In this document: piece by piece, positions 52,143 to 64,000 of the stretch
Numbering within the stretch: position 1 is the stretch's first letter
How the letters are laid out: every line of letters begins with the position of its first letter
NCBI GenBank assembly: GCA_964016885.1
Contig: OZ024759.1
Location: 8,680,001 to 8,744,000 of the forward strand
Length of the DNA stretch: 64,000 nucleotides
Reading direction: 5' to 3'
Source: Eledone cirrhosa
Taxonomy: Eukaryota
Translations under genes and position numbers: made by a program
Notes under the pieces: model-generated
The model's input: the letters and a program-made list of their open reading frames with translations, nothing else
The model's database searches: none
What the model was told of the DNA's origin: nothing

Positions 52143-53019
52143 AATATGGTTTTATAAATATAGTTTCCATTTATATATATATATATATAATCATTTAACA
52201 TCGATTTTTCCATGCTAGCATGGGTTAGACAAGTTCTCTTGTTGTGAGACAAGTCAGATCATGTGACCACGTCTTCCTCATATAGAAGTTTCTGGTAACC
52301 GCATTTACAACGTGAACTGGGTGTTTCTTGTCGTGTCACCAAAACAATCACTTTACATGGTGGACTGGGTATTTTTGTCGTGTCACCAACACGACCACCT
52401 TACAGGGTGATGTGGGAGTTTTTAGCCATTTCTGCAGCATTGAGTCGCGAAGTGGTCGTGGAGGTGCCACGGCAAAAAAAAGCACCCATCACTCACTGTA
52501 AATGAGGTTGGTGTTAGGAAGGGCATCCAGCTGTAGAAATCGAGCCAGAATCAGTTCCCACCCCACCCTTGCAAGCAGGGAAAAGCAGACGTAAAAAAAA
52601 AAAAAATGAGGCTGAGTGTGTCCATTTTTCATGCTTGTATGCATGGTTGGACGAAATTTGGGGAGAATCTTAGACACGTTCTTGATAGCAGGTGTGGAGG
52701 AGGGCTTCTTATAAAGTCAGTGGATGTTCTGCCAGAACACTTTAGTTGCTGATCTGAAGTCAGATTCCAGCATAACCCCAAAGTCCTCCCATGTCTTAAC
52801 TTTGGACACCATTACTGCCTCTGCTGCGATTCTTCATGCCTGCTTCTACCACAAGTGCAAGAAGGAGGACTTATTTCCAGGCCAAGCTTTGCAGGCCTCC
52901 TTCTTTGCTTGGATGGCATTTTTGACCTCTTGATAGAACCAAGGGGTCCTCCTACCATCTTGCGCCACATCAAGCCTCTTTCATCTGCAGCATTTAACAG
53001 CTGAAGCAGAGACTGATGA

Positions 53020-56000
53020 TGATATATATACATTTATGATATATATATACATTTATGATATATATATACATTTATGATATATATATATATACATTTATGA
53101 TATATATATATATACATTTATGATATATATATACACTTATGATATATATACATTTATGATATATATATATTTATGATATATATACATTTATGATATTTCG
53201 TTTTTAAGTCCGCTTTTTCCCTGCTTGCAAGGGTGGGACGGGAACTGATTCTGGCTTGATTTCTACAGCTGGATGCCCTTCCTAACACCAACCTCATTTA
53301 CAGTGAGTGCTGGGTGCTTTTTTGCCATGGCACCTCCACGACCACTTTGCAGTGGAATGATATGGAACCCAGTCCCTATCATCTCATTTCTACAGCTGAG
53401 TAAACTGGAGCAATGTGAAATAAAGTGTCTTGCTCAAGGAAACAACACATCACCCGGTCTGAGAATTGAACTCACAGCCTTTCGATTGCCAGGCCAATGC
53501 TCTAACCACTAAGCCATGTGCCTCCACTATATATACACTTATGATATATATACACTTATGATATATATACACTTATGATATATATACATTTATGATATAT
53601 ATACATTTATGATATATATACATTTATGATATATATACATTTATGATATATATATACATTTATGTATATATATACATTTATGATATATATATACACTTAT
53701 GATATATATACATTTATGATATATATACATTTATGATATATATACATTTATGATATATATATATTTATGATATATATACATTTATGATATATATATATTT
53801 ATGATATATATACATTTATGATATATATACATTTATGATATATATACATTTATGATATATATACATTTATGATATATATATACATTTATGATATATATAT
53901 ATTTATGATATATATACATTTATGATATATATATATTTATGATATATATACATTTATGATATATATACATTTATGATATACACTTATGATATATATACAT
54001 TTATGATATATATACATTTATGATATATATACATTTATGATATATATACACTTATGATATATATACATTTATCATATATATACACTTATGATATATATAC
54101 ATTTATGATATATATACATTTATGATATATATATACATTTATGATATATATACACTTATGATATATATACACTTATGATATATATACACTTATGATATAT
54201 ATACATTTATGATATATATACATTTATGATATATATACACTTATGATATATATACATTTATGTATATATATACATTTATGATATATATACATTTATGATA
54301 TATATATACACTTATGATATATATATACATTTATGATATATATACACTTATGATATATATATACATTTATGATATATATACACTTATGATATATATATAC
54401 ATTTATGATATATATATATTTATGATATATATACATTTATGATATATATATAAACTTATGATATATATACACTTATATATATATACATTTATGATATATA
54501 TACATTTATGATATATATATACTTATATATATATACATTTATGATATATATATACACTTATGATATATATACATTTGATATATATATACATTTATGATAT
54601 ATATATACATTTATGATATATATATACATTTATGATATATATATATACACTTATGATATATATATACATTTATGATATATACATTTATGATATATATACA
54701 CTTATGATATATATACATTTATGATATATATATACACTTATGATATATATATATACATTTATGATATATATATACACTTATGATATATATACATTTATGA
54801 TATATATACATTTATGATATATATATACATTTATGATATATATACACTTATGATATATATACACTTATGATATATATACATTTATATATATACACTTATG
54901 ATATATATACACTTATGATATATATACACTTATGATATATATATACATTTATGATATATATACATTTGATATATATACATTTATGATATATATATATACA
55001 TTTATGATATATATATATACATTTATGATATATATATACATTTATTATATATATACATTTATGATATATATACATTTATGATATATATACAATTATGATA
55101 TATACATTTATGATATATATACATTTATGATATACATTTATGATATATATACACTAATGAGATATATACATTTATGATATATATATACATTTATGATATA
55201 TATATATATACATTTATGATATATATATACATTTATGATATATATATACATTTATGATATATATACATTTATGATATATATACACTTATGATATATATAC
55301 ACTTATGATATATATAGATTTATGATATATATACATTTATTGATATATATACATTTATGATATATATACACTGAGATATATACATTTATATATATATATA
55401 CATTTATGATATATATACATTTATGATATATATACACTTATGATATATATACATTTATGTATATATATATGCATTTATGATATATATACATTTATGATAT
55501 ATATACATTTATGATATACATTTATGATATATATACATTTATGATATATATACACTTATGATATATATACATGTATGATATATATACACTTATGATATAT
55601 ATACACTTATGATATATATACATTTATGATATACATTTATGTATATATATACATTTATGGATATATATACACATGATATATATACACTTATGATATATAT
55701 ACACTTATGTATATATATACACTTATGATATATATACATTTATGATATATATACATTTATGGTATATATACATTTATGATATATATACATTTATGATATA
55801 TATACATTTATGATATATATATACACTTATGATATATATATACACTTATGATATATATATACACTTGATATATATACATTTATGATATATATACACTTAT
55901 GATATATATACATTTATGATATATATATACACTTATGATATATATACATTTATGATATATATATATACATTTGATATATATACACTTATGATATATATAT

Positions 56001-56142
56001 ACATTTATGATATATATACACTTATGATATATATACATTTATGATATATATACATTTATGATATATATACATTTATGATATATATATACATTTATGATAT
56101 ATATATACATTTATGATATATATACATTTATGATATATATAT
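53020..56142. repeat. ~3-kb AT-rich satellite with a SINE inserted near its 5' end
   Basis: Variable unit TTATGA(TA)nCAY. Confidence 0.95.
53198..53528 (-). mobile_element. tRNA-derived SINE family B (CORE-like centre, RTE-derived tail)
   Basis: Minus strand: A box TGGCTTAGTGG, B box GTTCAATTC, CCTTGAGCAAGACACTT centre, then a tail shared with the RTE 3' UTR; truncated copies at 24725-25060, 51435-51640, 52450-52595. Confidence 0.8.
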
Positions 56143-56185
56143 CATCATCACAGCTTACCATCCATTTTCCACACTCTTCAGTCTG

Positions 56186-57465
56186 CATGTCCTCTACAGT
56201 CACAGTCCATATTTCACTACCATGTAGCACCACATGTCCTCTACAGTCATAGTCCATATTTCACTACCATGTAGCACCACATGTCCTCTGCAGTCACATC
56301 CCATGTAGCACCACATGTCCTCTACAGTCACAGTCAATATTTCACTACCATGTAGCACCACATGTCCTCTGCAGTCACAGTCCATATTTCACTACCATGT
56401 AGCACCACATGTCCTCTACAGTCATAGTCCATATTTCACTACCATGTAGCACCACATGTCCTCTACAGTCATAGTCCATATTTCACTACCATGTAGCACC
56501 ACATGTCCTCTGCAGTCACATCCCATGTAGCACCACATGTCCTCTACAGCCACAGTCAATATTTCACTACCATGTAGCACCACATGTCCTCTGCAGTCAC
56601 AGTCCATATTTCACTACCATGTAGCACCACATGTCCTCTACAGTCACAGTCCATATTTCACTACCATGTAGCACCACATGTCCTCTGCAGTCACAGTCCA
56701 TATTTCACTACCATGTAGCACCACATGTCCTCTACAGTCACAGTCCATATTTCACTACCATGTAGCACCACATGTCCTCTACAGTCACAGTCCATATTTC
56801 ACTACCATGCAGCACCACATGTCCTCTAGTCACGGTCCATATTTCACTACCATGTAGCACCACTTGTCCTCTACAGTCACAGTCCATATTTCACTACCAT
56901 GTAGCAGCACATGTCCTCTGCAGTCACAGAGCATGTTTCACTACCATGTAGCAGCACATGTCCTCTGCAGTCACAGAGCATGTTTCACTACCATGTAGCA
57001 CCACATGTCCTCTGCAGTCACAGAGCATGTTTCACTACCATGTAGCACCACATGTCCTCTGCAGTCACAGCCCATATTTCACTACCATGTAGCACCACAT
57101 GTCCTCTACAGTCACAGTCCATATTTCACTACCATGTTGCACCACGTCCTCTACAGTCAGCCCATGTTTCACCACCATGTAGCACCACATGTCCTCTGCG
57201 GTCACAGTCCATGTTTCACTACCATGCAGCACCACATGTCCCCTGTAGTCACAGTCCATATTTCACTACCATGTAGCACCACATGTCCCCTGCAGTCACA
57301 GCCTATGTTTCACTACCATGTAACACCACATGTCCTCTGCAGTCACAGTCCATATTTCACTACCATGTAGCACCACATGTCCTCTGCAGTCAAAGCCCAT
57401 CTTTCACTACCATGTAGCACCACATGTCCTCTGCAGTCACAGCCTATCTTTCACTACCATGCAGC
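56186..57465 (-). repeat. 47-bp minisatellite derived from RTE coding sequence
   Basis: Minus unit TGGTGCTACATGGTAGTGAAATATGGACTGTGACTGTAGAGGACATG encodes VLHGSEIWTVTVEDM. Confidence 0.92.
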
Positions 57466-58410
57466 ATTGCACACCACACACAGGCGTCATACAGCCTTTT
57501 GTATGTGGGGAGAAACCTTGTGTTGTCAACAGTGGGGGGGGTAGTTCTCTAAACGTCTTCCATCCTATCCTTATTCTAGATATACTCTCAGCGCACTCTC
57601 CTCCACAGCTAATTAGGTCACCTAGATAGCAGAAGCTATCAACCACGTATATGGATCCTTCCAGTGACTGGAAAGAGTCTATATCATTAGCAATCTTCTT
57701 CTCGATTTCTCCTGTGCATCTTCCCCTGTGCAAAGTTCTCCCTTCCTGTTAGTCTACTCGTTATCCCACTATATCTATTGTCCAGCCAAGATTTGCAGGT
57801 GGTGCTATGAACTTCAACATGGCCTGGGCTAATACAAGCTGAAACCTATCGGAGTTATCAAAGTTACATTGTATGGAGTTTATGTCTACTCCTTTTCTAC
57901 ATATTGAGCAGGGCCACTTCTCTGAGGGAATCTGGGTCCTATCTTCTCTCTTACTCCCTAGTACTTTAGTTTTGGCTAAATTTATTCTCAGGCCTTTTGA
58001 TTCCAAATTCAGTTTCCATAATCGGAATTCATTTTCTAGCTCTTTTGTTTCAGCTATAAGGACCAAATCATCTTCATAGAGAAGTTCCCATGTGCAGCCC
58101 ATTTTAAACTCCTCTGTTATGGCCTGAAGAACTATGTACCTTGAATTCCTCACTAAACTCATTTCTTAATCTCACTTTACTGACAGCTCCTCTGTACATG
58201 ACTTGCACTACTCCCACAAGCCATTCTTCTACACCCAATTTCCTTAAGGACCACCAGAAAATAAATCGAGGTACTCTGTCAAATGTTTTTCTAGGAACTT
58301 CTCTTGTAGTTGCCTCACTAAGAAGAGGACATCTATAGTACTTTCCCAACCATGAAACCAAACTGCATCTCATCTACTTTGACTCTTTCTCTAATTAGAT
58401 GTGCCATATC
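57430..58410 (-). mobile_element. RTE LINE RT fragment, decayed
   Basis: FDRVPR..WWSLRKLGVEEW, WELLYEDD, KWPCSICRKGV, DSFCYLGD. Confidence 0.88.
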
Positions 58411-58499
58411 TTCATCAACATACGGAACTATATGGTTGAGGATTAGCTTGTTGTAGACCTAGGCAGCAATGGGCATAAATAATATTCCTCGTTAGTTTT

Positions 58500-59560
58500 T
58501 GGGGGGGATGAGAGGTCACCGTTTTTGGGGGACAGGAACTATGCCTGCTTTTAGCCAACTTGTTGGAGTTTTGTTGCTTAAGGTGTCGCTGCAGATTGAT
58601 AATAGGACTGAAGTAAGGTTTGGGTCTTTCCAAATTATACTGGGTATGTTGTCGAGACTGGGTGATGTTTTTTTTGTTTTCAAGTGTTTGATCACCTGGT
58701 CGATCTCACTCAAGGTGAAAAGTCCAGTGGAGATGTTGAGTTCAGGTGATACCACAGACTTTGGGAGATTGCCTTCTACAGGGGATGGTTCACCCAGTAG
58801 ACCCTTGAAGTGGTCAGTCCAGCTCTGTTTCCTTGCTTCTTGAGAGCCTCCTTTGATGATGGGTGAAAGCTTCTCTTTTCTGCCAGTTGTCTCGTTGATT
58901 AAAGTCCATGCAGCTGCGTGCTGTTTGTTTATATGAAGGGTCTAAAGTTTGTTTATTTTACCTTCTACCTACTCTGCAAGAGCAGTTGTGTCCGCCTCAT
59001 CAAGGTCTTTTTTGTATCGGGTCATTTCAATTGTCAGTCAACTAGTTGGATTTGAGTTGTACTGAGAAGACAGACTTTGCAGTTTTTTGTGCGCTGAGGA
59101 TATTAAGATATGTGAGCTCAATTTCGTGAGCTTCCTTTTGGTCTTTTTGGTCAGCTGGAAAGAGCAACTTCCTCATATGCAACAATTAGGTTGGAGTATT
59201 TAGTCTCAATGCAATCATCAGTACAGGATAGTTTAGAGAACCTATTGTAGACATTGTGTACCAGCTGGAGAGCTCCTTATTTCATGACACTAACCTCCAG
59301 TCAACTTGTTTCGTAGGCTCAGCAGAGACATTCTTAGGAGTGCGAGGGCTAAGAGCAACTTTGGAAGAGACAATCCTGTGATCAGATCCAACGAGAAGGA
59401 GGAATAGGTTTCAGAGTCGCGTACTATGGTTCACCATTGTTTCTGAAATAGGATATAATCCAATTGAGCTCTACTACAGTTAGGGTTGGTGAATGACCAG
59501 AGCTTGGATTGCTTTTTCATGAAGCTATTTGTAGACGAGAAGAGTTCAAATTCATCCACT
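58500..59560 (-). mobile_element. LINE fragment (endonuclease end to RT start), RTE-like second family
   Basis: RAQLDYIL, SDHRIV, and PTSWLKAGIVPVP motifs on the minus strand. Confidence 0.7.
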
Positions 59561-59684
59561 GAGGCCCCACCATATTATGGGTTGAGGAACTCCTTTGTCT
59601 TGTCCTACACCATCTTGTTTTTGTGCGTTACATAAACAAGATGGTGTAGGATAGGACAAAGGAGAGACACAAAATAAGAAATCA

Positions 59685-59727
59685 GTCACTGAGGAGGTGA
59701 CAGAATGTGTGACGAAAGAGCTTTGAC
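59685..59727 (+). ncRNA. Hammerhead motif family 3
   Basis: As 40432-40474 with one stem II mismatch. Confidence 0.6.
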
Positions 59728-59939
59728 AATATATAAAACAACCACCCAGTTATTGAACCAACCAGTCGGAAATTTGTAATAAATCGAAGTGAAAACCAAC
59801 AGGTGCATGTGTTTTTATTGGCAACATGACCCTCCCAAAGTATAACAATATCTGTTTCAACACATGCTTTCAGATAAGAAATCTTGCAAAACAAATAAAA
59901 AAATGAAGTGTATATATATATATATATATATATATAATG

Positions 59940-59972
<33 letters not shown>

Positions 59973-60175
59973 ATGTATTTGTATCATACTGTAATTTCAA
60001 CGTTGGTTTGACATTTTACTCACTTCCTTGCCATATAATCTATTTTTGTAACTGCAAACTTTTAGCTTTAGCATGCTTTTCCTTCATATCTCTCATAAGC
60101 TTTCATAGATATGAATTCCCTATTCTTCTGAGTTTTGGCTTGTTCTGGCCGTTAATGCTTCTTATCTGTTTAATT

Positions 60176-60216
60176 GCCCTGATGAGTCCTTATTAATGGG
60201 ACGAAACATTGTAGGC
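60176..60216 (+). ncRNA. Hammerhead motif family 5
   Basis: GCC CTGATGA GTCCT-TATTAAT-GGGAC GAAA CATTG TA GGC, followed by AATAAA. Confidence 0.75.
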
Positions 60217-60365
60217 TAATAAAGACTTTTGATGTATTGAAGGCTTCTTTGTCTATTTTTATAATTTTTCGGCTCTGTTGTATTACATTGAGCTATATCC
60301 TATACTGTCATTTCTATAATATGACGAGTGTGTTTTACTCCAACGCACTCTAGTATTTTAATTCT

Positions 60366-60400
<35 letters not shown>

Positions 60401-60820
60401 CTGCATACATATACAAATGTATGTACACACACACAATTTTCTTTCTCCGACACTAGTCTTACACTGTCATATCTATTCTTTCTTTACAGTTGTGTCAACT
60501 GAGAGTTCCATTACAATCTGTTGGTGAAGAATGACTATTTTACCTGAACATCTGCTCCCAGTAGTTTATAGACAATATATATATTTTTAGACTAGCTAGC
60601 ATCCATTAACTATATCCACATAGAAATATTTTTACAACAATACATATGTACCACTTGGAGAGAACACACTTTGCTACAAGAATTCTAATGGTATGTAGAA
60701 AATATATCTATATTGTATATTTTCCACACTTATAAACATAGTTCTATGATATCTAAGACAAGAAACTGAACTGTAATATATTATAATCACAGATATTTCT
60801 CAATTTCTTCAAGAATTACT

Positions 60821-61498
60821 ATGGAGGACGTTAAACACTTGGACATTTCTACCACACCTGTTTCTACCAATATAGATACAGTTACACAGACATACAATGA
60901 TGAGAAACCTTTACCTAGTGAAACATGTACTGAACAAGGATCATTACACAGAAATATTCCTGAATATAGTTGTGAGATTTGTAGGAAAAATTTCACATCA
61001 GAAGATGAATTATCCACACACAAACACACACACACTAAAGACAAACCTTTCCATTGTGAAATATGTGGGAAATCTTTCACGAATAAATCTAATCTTGTTA
61101 TCCATATACGTAGTCACACTGGAGAGAAACCGTTCCACTGTGAAACATGTGGCAAATCTTTTGTGAGAAACTCTTATCTTGCTATACATAAAAGAATACA
61201 CACTGGAGAGATGCCATATCGTTGTGAAATATGTGGGAAGACTTTTATTGAAGGATCGGCACTCAATGTCCACAAAAGAACACACACTGGAGAAAAGCCC
61301 TTCCGTTGTGAAATATGTGGAAAATCTTTTTCTCAGAACTGTCATCTTATTACACACACTCGTAGTCACACTGGAGAGAAACCATTTCATTGTGAAATAT
61401 GTGGCAAATCATTCAGTGATTATTCCCATATTGTAGTCCACAAAAGAACACATACTGGAGAAAAACCCTTCCATTGTGAAATATGTGAGAAATTTTAG
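60821..61498 (+). CDS. C2H2 zinc-finger protein, 5' part (6 complete fingers)
   Basis: Repeated CEICGKxF...H...HTGEKP; ORF stops at a frameshift in finger 7. Confidence 0.85.
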   Translation: MEDVKHLDISTTPVSTNIDTVTQTYNDEKPLPSETCTEQGSLHRNIPEYSCEICRKNFTSEDELSTHKHTHTKDKPFHCEICGKSFTNKSNLVIHIRSHTGEKPFHCETCGKSFVRNSYLAIHKRIHTGEMPYRCEICGKTFIEGSALNVHKRTHTGEKPFRCEICGKSFSQNCHLITHTRSHTGEKPFHCEICGKSFSDYSHIVVHKRTHTGEKPFHCEICEKF

Positions 61499-61755
61499 GA
61501 TCTCATACTGCATTGACAAAACATATACATAGCCACACTAGAGAAAAACCCTCCTATTGTGAAATATGTGGGAAATCTTTTACATCTAATGTTATCCTAA
61601 AAAAACATATTGCAAAGCCACACAAGAGATAAACTATCTTATTGTGAAATATGTGGGAAATCTTTACATCTAATGCTAATCCTAAAAAAACATATGCAAA
61701 GTCACACTAGAGAAAAACCCTCCCATTGTGAAATATGTGGGAAATCCTTCCAACT
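61499..61755 (+). pseudogene. Frameshifted C2H2 fingers linking the two ZNF ORFs
   Basis: About three finger units (TGTGAAATATGTGGGAAA...CACACTAGAGAAAAACCC) broken by several 1-nt indels. Confidence 0.7.
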
Positions 61756-62378
61756 CGAAACATCAGTTAATTAACCAGGAATTTGTTCACTGTGAAATTT
61801 GCAGGAAATTTTGTATATCTAACTATGAATTAGAAACACACAAGAAAACCCATATTGTAGAGAGACCCTTCCACTGTGAAATATGTGGGAAATCTTTTAC
61901 TCTTAAGTACAATCTTATGACACATAATCGAAGTCATACTGGAGAAAAACCTTACCACTGCGAAATATGTGGGAAATGTTTCACGAGGAACTCACAACTT
62001 GTAATCCACAACCGTAGCCACACTGGAGAAAAACCATATCATTGTGAAATATGTGGGAAATGTTTTGTTTCTAATAGTGAATTAGCAACTCACATGAGAA
62101 CACACACTGGAGAAAAACCTTTCCACTGTGAAATATGTGAGAAATCTTACAGTAAAAGCTCTCATCTGATTGTACACAAACGTGTTCACACTGGTGAAAG
62201 ACCTTATCATTGTGAAATATGTGGCAAAACATTTGTCTCTAACACAGTCCTGACTAAACACAAACGTAGCCACACTGGAGAAAGACCATACCACTGTAAC
62301 ATATGTGGGAAAACTTTCATTTCTAGCAGTAATTTATGTAGGCACAAACGAACACACACTGGAAAATATGTCTTTTAA
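61756..62378 (+). CDS. C2H2 zinc-finger protein, 3' part (7 complete fingers)
   Basis: Seven tandem CxxCGK...HTGEKP/HTGERP fingers; stop at 62376-62378. Confidence 0.85.
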
Positions 62379-62764
62379 CCCGTTAGCATTCACATTATTT
62401 TATATATACTAGAGGCGGTGGATTGGCAGTATCAGTAGAGGGTTTGACGCATAGAGTTATGACCCTTGCCATTCCGAGTTCAAATCCTGCCGAGGTTAAC
62501 TTTGCCTTTCATCCTTTCATCCTAAAATAAAGTCCCAGTAATACACTGAGTAATTGCTGGCCTTGTGCCAAAAGTAGAAACAATTATTTTATATATACTA
62601 CTATATTTTCATGGTAAATGCTTTACCTCACATGATATCGAATCTATGAGATTTTTTAAGTATTTATTTTGAGAACAATACCTTAACATAAGTTTGAGTG
62701 ACCGGTTACAGCCAGTTTCAACAGAAAGAGGTAGAGAATTCTGGCCAGTTTGAACACGAAAGGG
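62379..62764. mobile_element. Same piggyBac-type MITE (opposite orientation) with nested SINE
   Basis: TTAA|CCCGTT...AAAGGG|TTAA; interior matches 39356-39552; SINE at 62412-62582 flanked by a direct repeat ATTATTTTATATATACTA. Confidence 0.8.
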
Positions 62765-63042
62765 TTAAATGTGGAAGATGTGGCAAATATTTTTTTTAAT
62801 AGCAAACTAGTAGTTCACAAAAGAACAGTGGAGAGAAACAATATCAATGTTTTTTTTTTGTCGCTAACAGTAAGTTAGATATACAGGAACACTCAGTGGA
62901 AAAATTAAAAAAAAAAAGTAATTTAAATGAGACATATAAGACATAATATATTTAATTTTCAATAAAAAAATAAATGATGGATTTCAAAGCTTCATTTTTT
63001 GAAAGATTTGGGCTTTTTTAATGCCTTGAAAATGTTAATGTA

Positions 63043-63210
63043 CCATATTTCCCGGTGTCAAAGACGCTTTGTCCTCGAGGATGCACCTTAATTTTGACAA
63101 CCAAAAATTTGAGAAAAAATAATAGACAACCTTTGAACTCCAGGATGCATGGTAGATTTTTGAGACTTATTTTAGGAAAAAAATAGCGTCTTTGACTTCT
63201 GGAAATACGG
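63043..63210. mobile_element. Tc1/mariner-type MITE
   Basis: ~25-bp imperfect TIRs CCRTATTTCC...GTCAAAGACGC flanked by TA. Confidence 0.7.
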
Positions 63211-63630
63211 TATATAAATGTGTGTATCTATATAGATGTGTGAGGTTTGTTTTGTGTATGAACATAAATAAATAATATATGTCTGCTTTCTTCCAGACTG
63301 AGCAATGTTTTTTTCTTTCACACCTACAAATATTGTTATATATTAAGTATGTACACGTACATACATATATGTATACAGACGTACAGTAGTATGTATATAT
63401 ATATATACATACATGCACACATATATATATGTACGTATGGATTCACCGAACATTTATTATAATGCTCGGTGTGTTTGTAAACAAACATCCCGTATTAAGC
63501 CGTAGTGTCCAGCAACCATCGTTGCTCGTTTGTTCAACACTGACAAAGGAACGCTGGACTAGTTTCAAGCTTATTAGCTATCGTCAGCAACGTATACCTT
63601 CCTGCCAGATTGTTGAACGTATATACTTAC

Positions 63631-63830
63631 NNNNNNNNNNNNNNNNNNNNNNNNNNNNNNNNNNNNNNNNNNNNNNNNNNNNNNNNNNNNNNNNNNNNNN
63701 NNNNNNNNNNNNNNNNNNNNNNNNNNNNNNNNNNNNNNNNNNNNNNNNNNNNNNNNNNNNNNNNNNNNNNNNNNNNNNNNNNNNNNNNNNNNNNNNNNNN
63801 NNNNNNNNNNNNNNNNNNNNNNNNNNNNNN
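63631..63830. other. Assembly gap (200 N)
   Basis: Run of N. Confidence 1.
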
Positions 63831-64000
63831 TAACATTATGTTATTCACAGACACACTTTGTACACTGTTCCATATCAGAATGTATTTCCTTCGTCACATT
63901 CACAAACAGTATTGAAAATATGTTCTTCGGCAAATAAAAATGTTTTGTTCATAATATTTCAACTAGCGATTGCTCTACTCCACGCACGACCACCATAAAT

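Noticed and set aside
53440-53528. tRNA gene
   Set aside because: A/B boxes are the head of a SINE fused to a core and an RTE tail; the same applies to SINE-A heads

Overview
Eukaryotic, repeat-dense, AT-microsatellite-rich genomic DNA. The RTE LINEs, tRNA-SINE families and CEICGK-type C2H2 finger gene suggest a coleoid cephalopod such as an octopus; this is inference. The main gene is a 9-coding-exon NARFL/CIAO3 (cytosolic Fe-S cluster assembly, Fe-hydrogenase-like) on the + strand, CDS 2676..44366. All introns are GT-AG and phase-compatible, and the exons join to 1452 nt (483 aa). A C2H2 zinc-finger gene (60821..62378) has a frameshifted middle. The rest is RTE and CR1 LINE pieces (one RTE has an open RT frame with a PHD-type finger), two tRNA-derived SINE families, piggyBac-, Merlin-, Tc1- and hAT-type non-autonomous DNA elements, and many minisatellites. 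Most notable: (1) about a dozen minimal type-I hammerhead ribozyme motifs from at least five unrelated sequence families, in short fold-back elements embedded in (TA)n, consistent with Penelope-like/retrozyme ends; (2) a ~58-copy 31-bp minisatellite that amplifies the NARFL exon-5 splice donor as an array of AG|GT sites. Most long ORFs in the supplied track are simple-repeat artefacts.
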